Of a stretch of DNA of 64,000 bases, positions 35,694 to 50,390 are shown one piece after another (positions within the stretch are counted from its first letter, which is position 1; every line of letters starts with the position of its first letter). The DNA lies in contig CM075995.1 of NCBI GenBank assembly GCA_038087875.1, positions 8,992,001 through 9,056,000 of the forward strand. The letters run 5' to 3'. The position numbers and the translations under genes are program-made. Source of the stretch: Malacoraja senta. Lineage: Eukaryota. The notes below the pieces were generated by a model. It made no database searches, had not been told where the DNA came from, and was given only the letters and a program-made list of their open reading frames with translations.

Positions 35694-36190
35694 TAGACAA
35701 TAGACAATAGGTACAGGAGTAGGCCATTTGGCCCTTCGAGCTAGCACCGCCATTCAATGTGATCATGGCTGATCAGCCCCAATCAGTATCCCGTTCCTGA
35801 CTTCTCCCCATATCCCCTGACTCCGCTATCTTTAAGAGCCCTATCTAGCTCTCTCTTGAAAGCATCCAGAGAACCGGCCTCCACCACCCTCTGAGGCAAA
35901 GAATTCCACACACTCACCACTCTCTGTGAGAAAAAGTGTTTCCTTGTCTCCGTTCTAAATGGCTTACTCCTTATTCTTAACTGTGGCCCCTGGTTCTGGA
36001 CTCCCCCAACATCGGGAACATGTTTCCTGCCTCTAATGTGTCCAAGCCCTTAACAATCTTATATGTTTCAATGAGATAGCCTCTCATCCTTCTAAACTCC
36101 AGAGTGTACAAGCCCAGCCGCTCCATTCTCTCAGCATATGACAGTCCCGCCATCCCGGAAATTAACCTTGTAACCTACGCTGCACTCCCT
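35694..36190 (-). mobile_element. CR1-type LINE 3' fragment
   Basis: Reverse complement of the CR1 3' end with AGACAAT tail. Confidence 0.9.
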
Positions 36191-36193
36191 TTA

Positions 36194-36472
<279 letters not shown>

Positions 36473-37303
36473 TCACACTTCTCAGATTGTTTTGCAAGGA
36501 TTCATTTTTTCGAACTGTCAAAATAAATCATAGCTACTGCTTAGCATCCCTCTTCCCATCAGAACTGCCCCCTCCATCGACTCTTTTAAGTCGAGACTTA
36601 AAACTCATCTTTACTCTCAAGCCTTTCTTGACGTCCTCTGAGGGAGAGCTATATGTATGTATTTATGTATGTACTTAATCTATGAACCACTGTTGTATAA
36701 CGTTAGTACCTCCACCAATGTAAAGCACTTTGGTCAACGAGAGTTGTTTTTTAAATGTGCTATAGAAATAAAAGTGACTGGACTTGACTTGACTACTGTG
36801 CAAAGTCATTTGATGGCTTTACAAATACAGGTCCACCACCCATTTTCTGCCCCCCCCCCCTCCCCCGTTTAACTGGAACAAATCCTGATGTTGGGGGAGT
36901 CCAGAGCACGGGGCCACAGTTTAAGAATAAGGGATAAGCCATTTAGAATGGAGATGAGGAAAAAACTTTTCACATAGAGAGTTGTGAGTCTGTGGAATTC
37001 TCTACTTCGGAAGGCGGTGGAGGCCGGTTCTCTGGATGCATTCAAAAGAGAGAGCTAGATTTAGCTCCTAGGGCTAGCAGAATCAAGGGATATGGGGAGA
37101 AGGCAGGAACGGGTACTGATTGTGGATGATCAGCCATGATCACATTGAATAGCACATTGATGGTAGGGCCAAATGGCCTCCTCCTGCACCTATATTCTAT
37201 GTTTCTATGTTTCCAACATCCTCGTAAATCTTTCCGGCACCCTTTCCAGCTGAGCAATATTTTTCCTATAACAGGGTGACCGAAACTGAACACAATACTC
37301 TAA

Positions 37304-37523
37304 TTAGACAAAAATGCTGGAGAAACTCAGCGGGTGAGGCAGCATCTATGGAGCGAAGGAAATAGGCAACGTTTCGGGTCGAGACCTTTCTTCAGACTGA
37401 AGAAGGGTCTCGACCCCGAAACGTCGCCATTTCCTTCGCTCCGTAGATGCTGCCTCACCCGCTGAGTTTTTCCAGCATTTTTGTCTACCTTCGATTTTTC
37501 CAGCATCTGCAGTTCCTTCTTAA
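37304..37523. mobile_element. Palindromic Penelope-tail-derived insert with 12-bp TSD
   Basis: Near-perfect palindrome centred on TTCAGACTGAA (37391-37401); ACAATACTCTAA at 37292-37303 and 37524-37535; interrupts a CR1 fragment. Confidence 0.82.
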
Positions 37524-37740
37524 ACAATACTCTAACTGACCCCTCAGCAATGCCTCGTACAACAGTAACATGACCTCCCAAATCCTATACTCACTACTTT
37601 GACTGATGGCCAATGTGCTGAAAGCCTTGGTGACCACTCTTTTTACCTGCGATACTCCTTTAAGAATTATGCACCTACATAGCTAGGTCCCTCTGCTCTA
37701 CGACAGTCCCATGTAAAATTCATATAAAAATTGGACTTAC

Positions 37741-37873
37741 CAACGTGTGGATACATAGTCCGTGTAGGGTGGACGTGATCTTATCTCTCTGGCTAATCCA
37801 AAATCTCCTATTTTGACAAGATCTGGACCCATGCAGAGCAAGTTTTCTGGCTTCATGTCACGATGAAAGAATC
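37741..37873 (-). CDS. MAK: MAK-like kinase exon (133 nt; HRD, DFG, TDY)
   Basis: ttttAG|GA TTC...[56 protein letters not shown]. Confidence 0.97.
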
Positions 37874-38060
37874 CTAAAAGATATCCAGAGTTCCTTACAA
37901 CAGCAACTAGAGTCGCCCTCAGCACTTTAAGATGCAGTATTAGCAAATAAAAGATCTGCAGATTTTACCATTGTCTAACATTAACACAAAAAACTGGAGT
38001 AACTCAGCGGGTCAGGCAGCATCTCTGGAGAAAAGGCATAGGTGACATTTTCGGGTCGAG

Positions 38061-38580
38061 ACGTCACCTATCCATGTTCTCCAGAGATGCTGCCTGACCT
38101 GCTGAGTTACTCCAGCACTCTGTGAAACATCACCTATCCATGTTCTCCACAGATGCTGCCTGACCCGCTGAGTTACTCCAGCACCCTGTGGAACGCCACC
38201 CAACCATGTTCTCCACAGATGGTGCCTGACCCGCTGAGTTACTCCAGCACCCTGTGGAACGCCACCCAACCATGTTCTCCACAGATGCTGCCTGACCCAC
38301 TGAGTTACTCCAGCACTCTGTGAAACGTCACCGATCCATGTTCTCCACAGATGCTGCCTGACCTGCTGAGTTACTCCAGCATTCTGTGAAACGTCCCTAT
38401 CCATGTTCTTCACAGATGCTGCCTGACCCGCTGAGTTACTCCAGCACCCGGTGGAACGCCACCCAACCATGTTCTCCACAGATGCTGCCTGACCCGCTGA
38501 GTTACTCCAGCACTCTGTGAAACGTCACCTATCCATGTTCTCCACAGATGCTGCCTGACCCACTGAGTTACTCCGGCATT
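38061..38580 (+). repeat. 66-bp minisatellite (about 8 units, two variants)
   Basis: Same unit as at 30.9 kb; a variant GGAACGCCACCCAACC occurs three times. Confidence 0.9.
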
Positions 38581-38636
38581 TTGTATCTACCTTTTGCAAG
38601 AGAGATGGGCTACACCGGCCCTTAGAAAAAACCTAC

Positions 38637-38716
38637 CGTGCTTGTGGATAAAAGCCAATCCTTGTATTACTTGATACATTATGTTCCTAATGATCGATTC
38701 AGGAAATAACTTATCT
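38637..38716 (-). CDS. MAK: MAK-like kinase exon (80 nt)
   Basis: ccacAG|A GAT AAG TTA TTT CCT...[37 protein letters not shown]. Not in the ORF track. Confidence 0.95.
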
Positions 38717-40212
38717 CTGTGGAGAGACATAAACATCTATGATCGAGTGAAGTAGTTTTCAGTAGAGTTAATATTTGTAATACTTTACTTTAAGAGTATA
38801 TAGAGATACAGCATGGAAACAGGCACTTTGCCCAGCGATCAACTGGCACACTAACACTATCCTACACACACTGGGGACAATTTACAATTTTACCAAAGCA
38901 ATCTGAGCAATTTTGGGCACCATACCTGAGGAAGGATGTGTTTGCTCTGGAGTGGGTGTGTCCAGAGGAGGTTTACCAGAACGATCCCAGGAATGAGTAG
39001 GTTAACCTATGACGAGTATATCTCGGCACTGGGCCTGTACTCGCTGGAGTTTTGTGGAGAGGATGTTTCCACCAGTGGGAGAGTCTAGGACTGGAGGTCA
39101 CAGCCTCAGAATTAATGGACATTCTTTTGGGAAGGAGATGAGGAGAAATTTCTTTGGTCAGAGGGTGGTGAATCTGTGTAATTCTTTGCCACAGACGGCT
39201 GTGGAGGCCAAGTCAGTGGATATTTTTAAGGCAGATATAGATAGATCTTGATTAGTACGGGTGTCCGAAGTTATGGGGAGAAGGCAGGAGAATGGGGTTA
39301 GGAGAGTTAGATTAAAGTCGGAGAAGACTTGATGGGCCGAATAGCCTAATTCTACTCCTATCACTTATGACCTTATGAACTCTCATCAGCCTACACATAA
39401 TCCATATCCCACCATTCCTGCATATTCATGTGCCTGTCCAGAAGTCTTGCATGCCTCTGAGAATGGGGTTAGGAGGGAGAGATAGAGGCCATGGTTGAAT
39501 GGTGGAGTAGACTTGATGGGCCGAATGGCCTAATTCTACTCCTATTCCTTATGACCTTGTGAGCCAATTAACCTACAAACACGTACGTACGTTTTTGAAG
39601 AGTGGGAGGAACGGACGCGGTCCACGCGGAGAACGTACAAACTCCCTTGCAGACAGCACCCGTAGTCAGGATCGAACCCGGGTCTCTGGCGCTGTGAGGC
39701 AGCAGCTCTACCCGCTGCGCCACCGTGCCGTCCTGACAAACTCAGTCTGAATTTTATACAAATGGTGTTTTATCATTAATGTCTTATTATTATTAATGTT
39801 TATTGTTTTCTGAGTCATTCGTAACTGTCACTGTGTGTCATGTTGTTACTTGTGGGCGGAGCACCAAGGCAAATTCCTTGTATGTGAATACTTCTCCAAT
39901 AAACATACTTACTTAAATTCATTGCTTATACCAACCATACCTCGTCTCAACACAGAGGTTGAACAGAGAAAGGGTGAACTATAATTGTCATGGACTGCAT
40001 CCAAGATGGAGGCAGAGAGTTTGGTGAATGCACCAACTTGGAATAGATGGGTTGAAAACACAGAGGCCTTTACCCAGAGTAGGGGAATAAAGAGGCTTGT
40101 TCAAGACATTGGTGAGGCCACATTTGGAGTATTTGTCTTCAGTTTCGGTCACCCTGCTATGGAAAGGATCATAATGGTAATATATATAGGATGGATGCAC
40201 AGAATCTTTTAG

Positions 40213-40960
40213 ATAATAGACAATAGGTGCAGGAGAAGGCCATTCGGCCCTTCGAGCCAGCACCGCCATTCAATGTGATCATAGCTGATCATCCCCAATC
40301 AGTATCCCGTTCCTGCCTTCTCCCCATATCCCCTGACTCCGCTATTTTAAGAGCCCTATCTAGCTCTCTCTTGAAAGCATCCAGAGAACCTGCATCCACC
40401 GCCCTCTGAGGCAGAGAATTCCACAGACTCACAACTCTCTGTGAGAAAAAGTGTTTCCTCGTCTCCGTTCCAAATGGCTTACTCCTTATTCTTAAACTGT
40501 GGCCCCTGGTTCTGGACTCCCCCAACATCGGGAACATGTTTCCTGCCTCTAGCGTGTCCAAACCCTTAACAATCTTATATGTTTCAATGAGATATCCTCT
40601 CATCCTTCTAAACTCCAGAGTGTACAAGCCCAGCTGCTCCATTCTCTCAGCATATGACAGTCCCGCCTTCCCTGGAATTAACCTTGTAAACCTACGCTGC
40701 ACCCCTCAATAGCAAGAATGTCCTTCCTCAAATTAGGGGACCAAAACTGCACACAATACTCCAGGTGTGGTCTCACTAGGGCTCTGTACAACTGCAGAAG
40801 GACCTCTTTGCTCCTATATTCGATTCCTCTTGTTATAAAGGCCAACATGCCATTCGCTTTCTTACTGCCTGCTGTACCTGCATGCTTACTTTCATAGACT
40901 GATGTACAAGGACCCCCAGATCCTGTTGTACTTCCCCTTTTCCCAACTTGATGCCATTTA
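40213..40960 (-). mobile_element. CR1-type LINE 3' fragment
   Basis: ORFs 40289-40702 and 40678-41121 encode the CR1 ORF2 C-terminus. Confidence 0.9.
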
Positions 40961-41429
40961 GATGGTAGTTTACTGAGAGTAGGGGAATGAAGAACCAAAG
41001 GACGTAGGTTTAAGGTGAGAGGGAAAGATTTAAAGGGTAAAAAAGGTATAGAAGTGTGAAAACGCACACCTCCAGATTCAGGGACAGTTTCTTCCCTGCT
41101 GTTATCAGGCAACTGAACCATCCTACCACAACCAGAGAGCAGTGCTGAACTACTATCTACCTCATTGGAGACCCTTGGACTATCTTTGATCAGACTTTAC
41201 TGGCTTTATCTTGCACTAAACGTTATTCCCTAATCATGTATCTGTACACTGTGGACGACTTGATTGTAATAGTGTATTGTCTTTCCGCTGACTGGTTAGC
41301 ACGTAACCTCGCTACACGTGACAGTAAACTGAACTAAATACTAATAGAAAGCTGAGAGAAAATGTTTTCACACAGAGGGTAGTGAGGATATGGAAGGTGT
41401 GCCAGAGGAGGTAGTTGAGGCAGGTATCA

Positions 41430-42156
<727 letters not shown>

Positions 42157-43419
42157 TTAAAAACGCATTACTCATCTCATCCAGATGTGGAAATCAGCTG
42201 GATGACATAAAGTTCGGACATATCGTGAATGCATCAACACACTGGGCGGCACGGTGGCGCAGCGGTAGAGTTGCTGCCTCACAGCGCCAGAGACCCGGGT
42301 TCGATCCTGACTACGGGTGCTGTCTGTACGTGGTTTACACTCTCTCCCTGTGACCACGTGGGTTTTCTCCAGGTGCTCCGGTTTGCTCCCAAGGTCGTGC
42401 AGATTCGTAGGTTAATTGGTCGGTGGGCCGAAGGGCCTGTTTCCATATGGTGTCTAAACTAAACAAAACATTCTCTTTATATGATTCATTTCTACATTAT
42501 ACAGTAAAAGTTTTTAAAAGTGGAACATCCTACTCTGGCGAAAATATTTTTCTGAGCATGCAGGAACAAATTTCTCCCAAATGAAAGTGCCTGTGTGCTG
42601 GGTCTGCGGCCAGATTTCCGGCACCCTTGGTTTCCAAAGCCTCTGGATTATCCATTTTGCCGGACCAGGACAGGTCACGGCCTCCGAGATTAGTTGAACG
42701 GTACCGGTACTGGGTCGGCCTAGGCCGCAGGGGGGCAAATTCCATCCGGCGATCGGCCGGGGAAGTGCCGGTGATCGGCCGCCACATTTTCAGCGGGACT
42801 TCAATAGCGCTGTCGTAATTTTGTCTCAATTAAAGGAGGTGCTGGACCACCGGTCACCATTAAAATCGGCGGTGGATCTGTATTTGCAGCAAGAGAGTCT
42901 AAACTTCGTTAACAGCCACCTACCTCATCAAGTCAAGTGGTATTCTCTATTCATCATCTTGACTGAATCATCACAGTGCCAGAGTGCCGGGTTCGATCCT
43001 GACCTCGGCTGCTGTCTCTGTGGAATTTGCACGTTCTCCCTGTGACTACGTGGGTTTCCCCTGGGTGCTCCGGTTTCCTCCCGCATCCCAAAGACGTGCG
43101 GGTTTGTAGGTTAATTGGCCCTCTGTAAATTGCCCCTAGTGCGTAGGGAGTGGTTGCAAAAGTGGGAATAACATAGAACTAGTGTGAACAGGTGATCGAT
43201 GGTCGGTGTGGAATCGGTGGGCCGAAGGGCCTGTTTCCATCACAGTATATATTGATTGATTGAAAGATACGGTACGGAAACAGGCCTTCCCCCCCACCAA
43301 AGACTACACCGACCATCGAACACCCGTTCACACTAGTTCCATGCTGTCGCAAGTTTGCATCCCCTTCCTGCACACTAGGGGCACACTGTAATTTTTGAAA
43401 CTATTGATTTGTTAGAGAT

Positions 43420-43980
43420 TCTCTTCTACTCCATTGTAACCCAATTTTGGGCCCCATATCTGGGGAAGGATGTGCTGGCGTTGGAGAGGGTCCAGAGGAG
43501 GTTGACCAGAATGATCCCAGGAATGATCGGGTTAACGTATGATGAGCGCTTGAAGGAACTGGGCCTGTACTCGCTGGAGTTTAGACGGAAGATGGGGGGG
43601 GGGGGGGGGGGGGGGAGGGGGACTTCATTGAAACGTTACCGAACAGTGAAAGGCCTGGATAGAGTTGATGTGGAGAAGATGTTTCCACTAGTGGGAGAGT
43701 CTAGGACCAGAGGGCACAGCCTCAGAATAAAAGGACGTACTTTTAGAAAGGAGATGAGGAAGAATATCTTTAGTCAGAGGGTGGTGAATCTGTGGAATTC
43801 ATTGCCACAGACGGCTGTGGAGGCCAAGTCAATGGAGTTAAGATGGAGATTGACAGATTCTTGATAGTACGGTTGTCAGGGGTTTATGGGGAGAAGGCAG
43901 GAGAATGGGTGAGAAGGAAAGATAGATCAGCCATGATTGAATGCGGAGTAGACTTGATCCGAATGGCCTTATTCTGCTCC
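43420..43980 (+). mobile_element. CR1-type fragment nearly identical to 14810-15360
   Basis: Same 5' junction, same internal G-run, same ORF2 text. Confidence 0.85.
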
Positions 43981-46900
43981 TGAAACTTTGCACCAATAGG
44001 CTATAGTTCCCCCACAGTGAGAACTCCTCAACCTGGAAAGACTATCCTTGGTGATTGACTTTTAGTGCAAACAGTGCAAATTTTAGATTAAGGGAACCTC
44101 ATTTATGGATTAAGGGAACCTCATTTAGGGCACTTCATGCATAGAGTGCATGGATAATCTATGAGTAATGTCAATCCCCCTACAATTGTTCTGTCAGTGG
44201 CTCTGCTATGAAAACTGCATCATAATTTGTAATTAAGTAATTATGTAATTAAGTGTTGGCCACACAAAGGAAAGTAGGTGTAGGGACAGAGCCTACACCT
44301 GCCGTACAAGATGATAGAACATAGAACAGTACACAGAAAATAGGTGCTCGAGTCGACCCTTCGAGCCAGCACCGCCATTCATATGATCATGGCTGATCAT
44401 CCCCAATCAGTACCATGTTCCTGCCTTCTCCCCATTATCCTTGATTCCCTCAGCCCTAAGAGATGAATGTAACTCTCTCTTGAAAACATACAGTGAATTA
44501 ACCTCCACTGCCTATTTCCATTTCTTTGTCTATTGTCTATTATATTTCTTAAAGTAGCAGAGTCAGGGGATATGGGAAGAAGGCAGGAACAGGGTACTGA
44601 ATGGGATGATCAGCCATGATCACACTGAATGGCGGTGCTGCTCGAAGGGCTGAATGCCTACTCCTGCACCTATTGTCTATTGCTTCTGTGGCAGAGAATT
44701 CCACAGATTCACAACTCTCTGGGTGAATGTTTTTTCCTCATCTCAGTCCTAAATGGGCTACTCTTATTCTTAAACTGCGACCCTGGTTCTGGACTCCCCC
44801 AACATCGGGAACATTTTTCCTGCATCTACCCTGTCCAAACCACTAAGAATGTCATTGTTTCTATAAGATCCCCTCTCATCCCTTCTAAATTACAGCGAAC
44901 ACAAGCCCAGTCGACCCATTCTTTCATCGTACGTCAGTCCCGTCATCCCGGGAATTAACCTGGTGAACCTACGCTGTATTCCCTCTCAATAGCAAGAATG
45001 CCCTTGCTCAAATTAGGAACAGCACAGCAAAAGAACGGGCCCTTCTGCCAAGTCTGTGCCAAGAATGATGCCAAGCTAAACTGATCTCATCTGCCTGTAC
45101 ATGATCCACACCCCTCTGTTCTCTGGGCATCCATGTGCCAATCTAAAAGCCTCTTTAAAACCACTATCGTATCTGCCTCCACCACCACCACCCCTGGCAA
45201 TGCGTTCCAGGCCTCCACCACACTGTGTAAAAAAAAAACCTTGCCCACACATCTGCATTAAACTTTTTCCTCTCACCGTATAGCTGTGCCCTCCAGTGTT
45301 GGACATTCCCACCCAGGGGAAAAAGGTTCTGACTGTCCACCATCAACTGTTAAGGTCTTTGTTGAGGTCGTAGCCCCCTCAGTCATGACTGACCATGGGT
45401 GATGCATCCTGGTCGGATGCAAGCCTGGGCGATGTCATTTGGAGGACAGGCTGTTGCCCCATGCAGCACGTCCCCACTCTCCACGTCGCCGATCGATCCA
45501 AAGGAACAGCAGGGCCATTACAGTTTGGCACCCAGCGCCGTCGCAGGAGCTGCCAGAGCGAGGTTGTAGACAACGACGAACTACCTTAGGGCTCCGACTC
45601 CGGATTTCTTGAGGTTACTCCTGAAGCCTTTTCATGACTGGATATGGCCACAAGGCAGCGGAGGTTTTAAATCAGAGTTTTCCCTCTGCTAGATGGACAG
45701 CCTTCCCAGCTGACTGAGCCCCATCTGCCCGAGACTCGTGGGGCGGGAGCGTCTACCTTCCACTCGGCGGGTGAGGCAGCATCTATGGAGCGAAGGAAAT
45801 AGCACCTGCCCACTGCCCTGTTGAGGAGATCGCTGCAATTATATTAAGGGATTAGAAATGCTGTGTATTTAGAGGTGAGTAAATATTGACAAGTGAGCAC
45901 AAGGTGAGAGGAAATCGGATGGTTTAGTGTAAGAACACTGTCCATTATGAGCAAGTGATCAAGAAGTAAAGAGTGTTCTATTGTCATTTTGTCCTGAAAT
46001 GGAACAATGAAATTCTTACTTGCAACAGCGCAATATATAAAAAAGAACAAATAATAATAGCGGAAAGGCAAAAACAATACCCCCAAGTCTATGTAGTTCA
46101 GAGCTTATTTGGAGGTTGTAGTGAACAGGTCCTTCGACCTACTCCGACCAGCGATCACCCGTACACTAGCACTATCCGACACACACTAGGGACAATTTAC
46201 AATCTTTACCAAAGCCAATTAACCTACAAACCTGTACATCTTTGGAGTGGGGAAGGAAACCTGAGCACCCGGGGAAAACCCACGTCGTCAAGCTAGGAAT
46301 AGAAACATAGAATTGTTAAAGAAGGAACTGCAGATGCTGAAAATCGAAGGTACACAAAAGTGCTGGAGAAACTCAGCGGGTGCAGCAGCATCTATGGAGC
46401 GAAGGAAATAGCAACGTTTCCGGCCGAAACCCTTCTTCAGACATGAGTTTCTCCAGCATTTTTGTGTACCTATAGAAACATAGAAAATAGGTGCAGGAGG
46501 AGACTATTCGGCCATTCGAGCCAGCACCGTCATTCATTGTGATCATGCTGATCGTCCCCAATCAATAACCCGTGCCTGCCTTCTCCCCATATCCCTTGAC
46601 TCCACTAGCCCCTAGAGCTCTATCTAACTCTCTCTTAAATCGATTTGGCCTCCACTGCCCTCTGTGGCAGGGAATTCCACAAATTCACAACTCTCTGGGT
46701 GAAAAAGTTTTTTCTCACCTCAGTCTTAAATGGCTTCCCCTTTATTCTAGCCTGTGCCCCAGGTTCTGGACTGTACAAACTTTGTACAGACTGCACCCAT
46801 AGTCAGGATCGAACCCGGGTCTCTGGCGCTGTAAGGCGGCAACTCTGCCCCTGTGACATCGTGCCACCCGATGGTTGGTTGAATGATGGCTGTAGGGAAG

Positions 46901-47954
46901 AAGCTGTTCCTGAACCTGGTCGTGACAGTTTTCAGGCTCCTGTACCTTCTTCCCGATGGCAGGGGTGAGATGAGAACGTGGCCCAGGTTGGTGTGGGTCT
47001 CTGACGATGCTGCTACCTTTTTGAGGCAGTGACTCCTGTAGATCCTTTCAATGGTGGAGAGGTCAGTACCCGTGATGAACCGGCAGAGATAAGAGTATAA
47101 GAGATAGGGAGAAGCTTTATAACCCGGGGAACCTATCTACCAAGAGCTAGAGAAACCTTGCCCATGTCCAGGTTTTTGAGGAGCAAGACCTCTAGACTTA
47201 ATGTTTTCTACATCAGAGATCCATCACTATCTGCAGACAGAGCTCGTCACACTCCTGTGCTCGAGTGCTCTGCTTGTACAGGAGGAAGCAACCATCACCG
47301 TAAACATGGTCGCCTCCAGAATGATGAAGGGCGCTACACCTTGTCTATGCCACATTTCATATTGCTCTTAGAGGTGTACAAAATCATGAGGGGAATAGAT
47401 CGGGTAAATGCGCAGAGTCTCTTGCCCAGAGTAGGACATAGGTTCAAGGTGAAGGGGAAAAGATTTAATAGGAACCCGAGGGTAACTTTTTTCACACAAA
47501 AGGTGGTGGGGTGTAATGGAATGAGCTGCCAGAGAAGGTAATTGTGGCAGGTACTATTGCAACGTTTAAGAAACAATTGGACAAGTACATGCATGAGACA
47601 GGTTTCGAGGGATAAATATGGGCCAAACACAGGCAGGTGGGACGTGTTGGTCGGCGTCCACGTTGTATGACACTATGACTTTAGTGCAATTCGAGATGTC
47701 CAGGATGTTCTCAAAAACGACTGCATGTTGCTTCTCCTTTCAGCCAGCAGGTGTCATACAAAAACAGATAAGGACACAGAGTGCTGGAGTAACAACATCT
47801 CTGGAGAACATGGATAGGGTAATGTTTTGGTTTGAGACTCTTAGAGTCATTGAGTCTGCCACTGCGCCATTGTGCATTGCACCGCAATATATTGAAGACT
47901 ACAAAAGCAATGGTGATGATATACCTTTTTAACCAAATAAAGATCATATCTTGT

Positions 47955-48144
47955 TAAAGAAGGAACTGCAGATGCTGAAAATCGAAGGTACACAAAAATG
48001 CTGGAGAAACTCAGCGGGTGCAGCAGCATCTATGGAGCGAAGGAAATAGGCAACGTTTCGGGCCGAAACCCCGAAACGTTGCCTATTTCCTTCGCTCCAT
48101 AGATGCTGCTGCACCCGCTGAGTTTCTCAGCATTTTTGTGTACC
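47955..48144. mobile_element. Palindromic Penelope-tail-derived insert with 16-bp TSD
   Basis: AAAGATCA(T/C)ATCTTGT at 47939-47954 and 48145-48160 flank inverted arms. Confidence 0.78.
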
Positions 48145-49364
48145 AAAGATCACATCTTGTACAGTTAATAAGGTCGTCTCGTCACCATTGCATTGGCAGT
48201 TTCAATAAATTGACCAAGATGCAAGCTAAATATAATACAGAACAATTCAAGAAGTTGACATAAGAAATGCTGGATTCTTGAGCATGCTGAGGAACTGAGT
48301 GGATCAGGCATCATCTGGGGAGGGAATGGACAGGCGATGTTTCGGGTCGGGACCACTTTTCAGAATGGGAATGGTGTTATCTCAGCGGGACCGATAACAT
48401 CTCTGAAGAGAAGGAATGGGTGACGTTTCTGGTCGAGATCCTTCTTGACTGAAGAAGGTCTCGACCCAAAACGTCACCCATTCCTTCTCCCCCAAAGATG
48501 CTGCCTGTCCCGCAGTTTTGTTTCTATCTTCTGTTTAAACTCCAGCATTTTGTTTCTATCTTCGGTTTAAACCAGCACCTGCAGTTCCTTCCTACACGAA
48601 TGATGGCGGGACTGTCATATGTTGAAAGAATGGAGCGACTGGGCTTTGCATACACTGGAATTCAGAAGGATGAGAGGGGATCTTATTGAGACATATAAGA
48701 TTATTAAGGTATTGGGCACGCTGGAGGCAGGAAACATGTTCCGATTTTTGGTCAAGAACCAGGGGCCACAGTTTAAGAATAAGTGTAGGCCATTTAGAAC
48801 GGAGATGAGGAAAAACAGTATTGTGTATTTTTTTTCTTTTTTCTTTTATATGGATGTATGGTAATCTAATTTCTTCTCTGTAAAGCACTTTGGCTTCAAC
48901 GTGATTTGATTTAAAAGTGCTATATAAATAAAAATTACTTACTTACTTACTTTTGGATAGGTACGTGGATATGGATCGATATGGAGTATGTGCTGGCAAA
49001 CAAGAGCTGGTCTTGGCATTGTACTTGGAACAGATATCGTGGACAGAAGGGCCTGCTCTGTGCTGTACAGTTCTACGTTTAATATTCTAATGTTCAAGAG
49101 ATTTGCAAGAAATAATTAACAGAGATAGAAGCATCGTGAGCAACTCAGCTGGCCAGACAGCAAATCTGGAGAAAAGGTATTGGCGACATTTCGGGTCGAG
49201 GACCCTTCTTCAGACTCGACCCCTTAACGTCATCTATTCCTTTTCTCCGGAGGTGCTGTCTGACCCGCCGAGATACTCCAGCTTGTTTGTGTTTATCTTC
49301 GTTTCAAACCAGCATCTGCGGTTTCTTCCTACACAGTTAGCATTAGCAGTTAGCCCAGTCAGTT

Positions 49365-49770
49365 AATTTTATTTGTATAGCACATTTAAAAACAACTCAC
49401 GTGACCAAAGTGCTGTACATTAGTGCAGATACTAACGTGTTACATACAACAGTACACAGACCTAACAATACATATATAAACTGTTTACAGCGCCCTCTCA
49501 GAGGGCCTCAAAAACGCTAGGGAGTAGAATAGGTTTTGAGCCTCGATTTAAAGGAGTCGATGGAGGGGCAATTCTGATGAGGAGAGGGATGCTGTTCCAC
49601 AGTCTAGGTGTGCAACTGCAAAAGCGCGGTCGCCCCTGAGCTTAAACCTAGACCGCGGGATAGTCAGTAGCCCCAAGTCGGCCGACCTGAGGGACCTGGA
49701 GGTAGATGGTGGGGTTAGAAGATTTTTGATTAGGGCGGGGGGGGGCAAGCCCGTTAAGGGTTTTGTATAC
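49365..49770 (-). mobile_element. L2-like LINE 3' fragment
   Basis: RSLRSADLGLLTIPRSRFKLRGDRAFAVA motif; tail GTGCTATACAAATAAA. Confidence 0.75.
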
Positions 49771-49787
49771 AACTAAGTTAGCATTAC

Positions 49788-49840
49788 CTTTACTCTCTGA
49801 GATTTATACATCATCCCAGGAGTAGAATTTCCTCTTCATC
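49788..49840 (-). CDS. MAK: MAK-like kinase exon (MKRKFYSWDECINLREVK) with two 1-bp deletions
   Basis: ttttgcAG|G ATG AAG AGG AAA TTC TAC TCC TGG GAT GA- TGT ATA AAT CTC AGA GA- GTA AAG|GTAATG; 53 nt where 55 are needed to keep frame. Confidence 0.9.
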
Positions 49841-50390
49841 CTGCAAAATTAAACACATGGACTGAGACAATGGGCTGAAACGAAGCCGAAATAATAATGA
49901 TACTAAAGATATTCTAAAAAGGTAATGAGAAAGTTAATGTAGGAATTCATCAAGATAATGTAATACTCTCGCTGAACATAACTTCGCCGTGCTCAGCGGG
50001 GAATTCCTCGCACTGCAGTTGGCAAGCTGATTAATGGATATCAAAAGTATAAATCTTCTTGACATTTATTTAAATCTTCTAGAGAATTTTAAAAGACATT
50101 TGGACAGGTACATGGATCGGAATGATTTAGAGTCATAGAGTGATACAGCGTGGAAACAGGCCCTTCGGCCCAACTTGCCCACACCAACCATGTCCCAGCT
50201 ACACTAGTCCCATCTGCCTGCGTTTGGTCCATATCACTCCAAACCTGTTCCATCCATGTACCTGTATAATGTTTCTAAATGTTGCCTTAACTACCTCCTC
50301 CAACAGCCCGTTCCATACACCCACCACCCCACCTGTGTGGAAATGTTACCCCTCAGATTACTATTAAACCTTTTCCCCTTCACCTTAAAT

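Noticed and set aside
38012..38479. 155-aa repetitive ORF
   Set aside because: Read-through of the 66-bp (22-codon) minisatellite.
45360..45765. RTE-like 5' region with possible HDV-like ribozyme
   Set aside because: Resemblance is only impressionistic and I could not fold a convincing nested double pseudoknot by eye.
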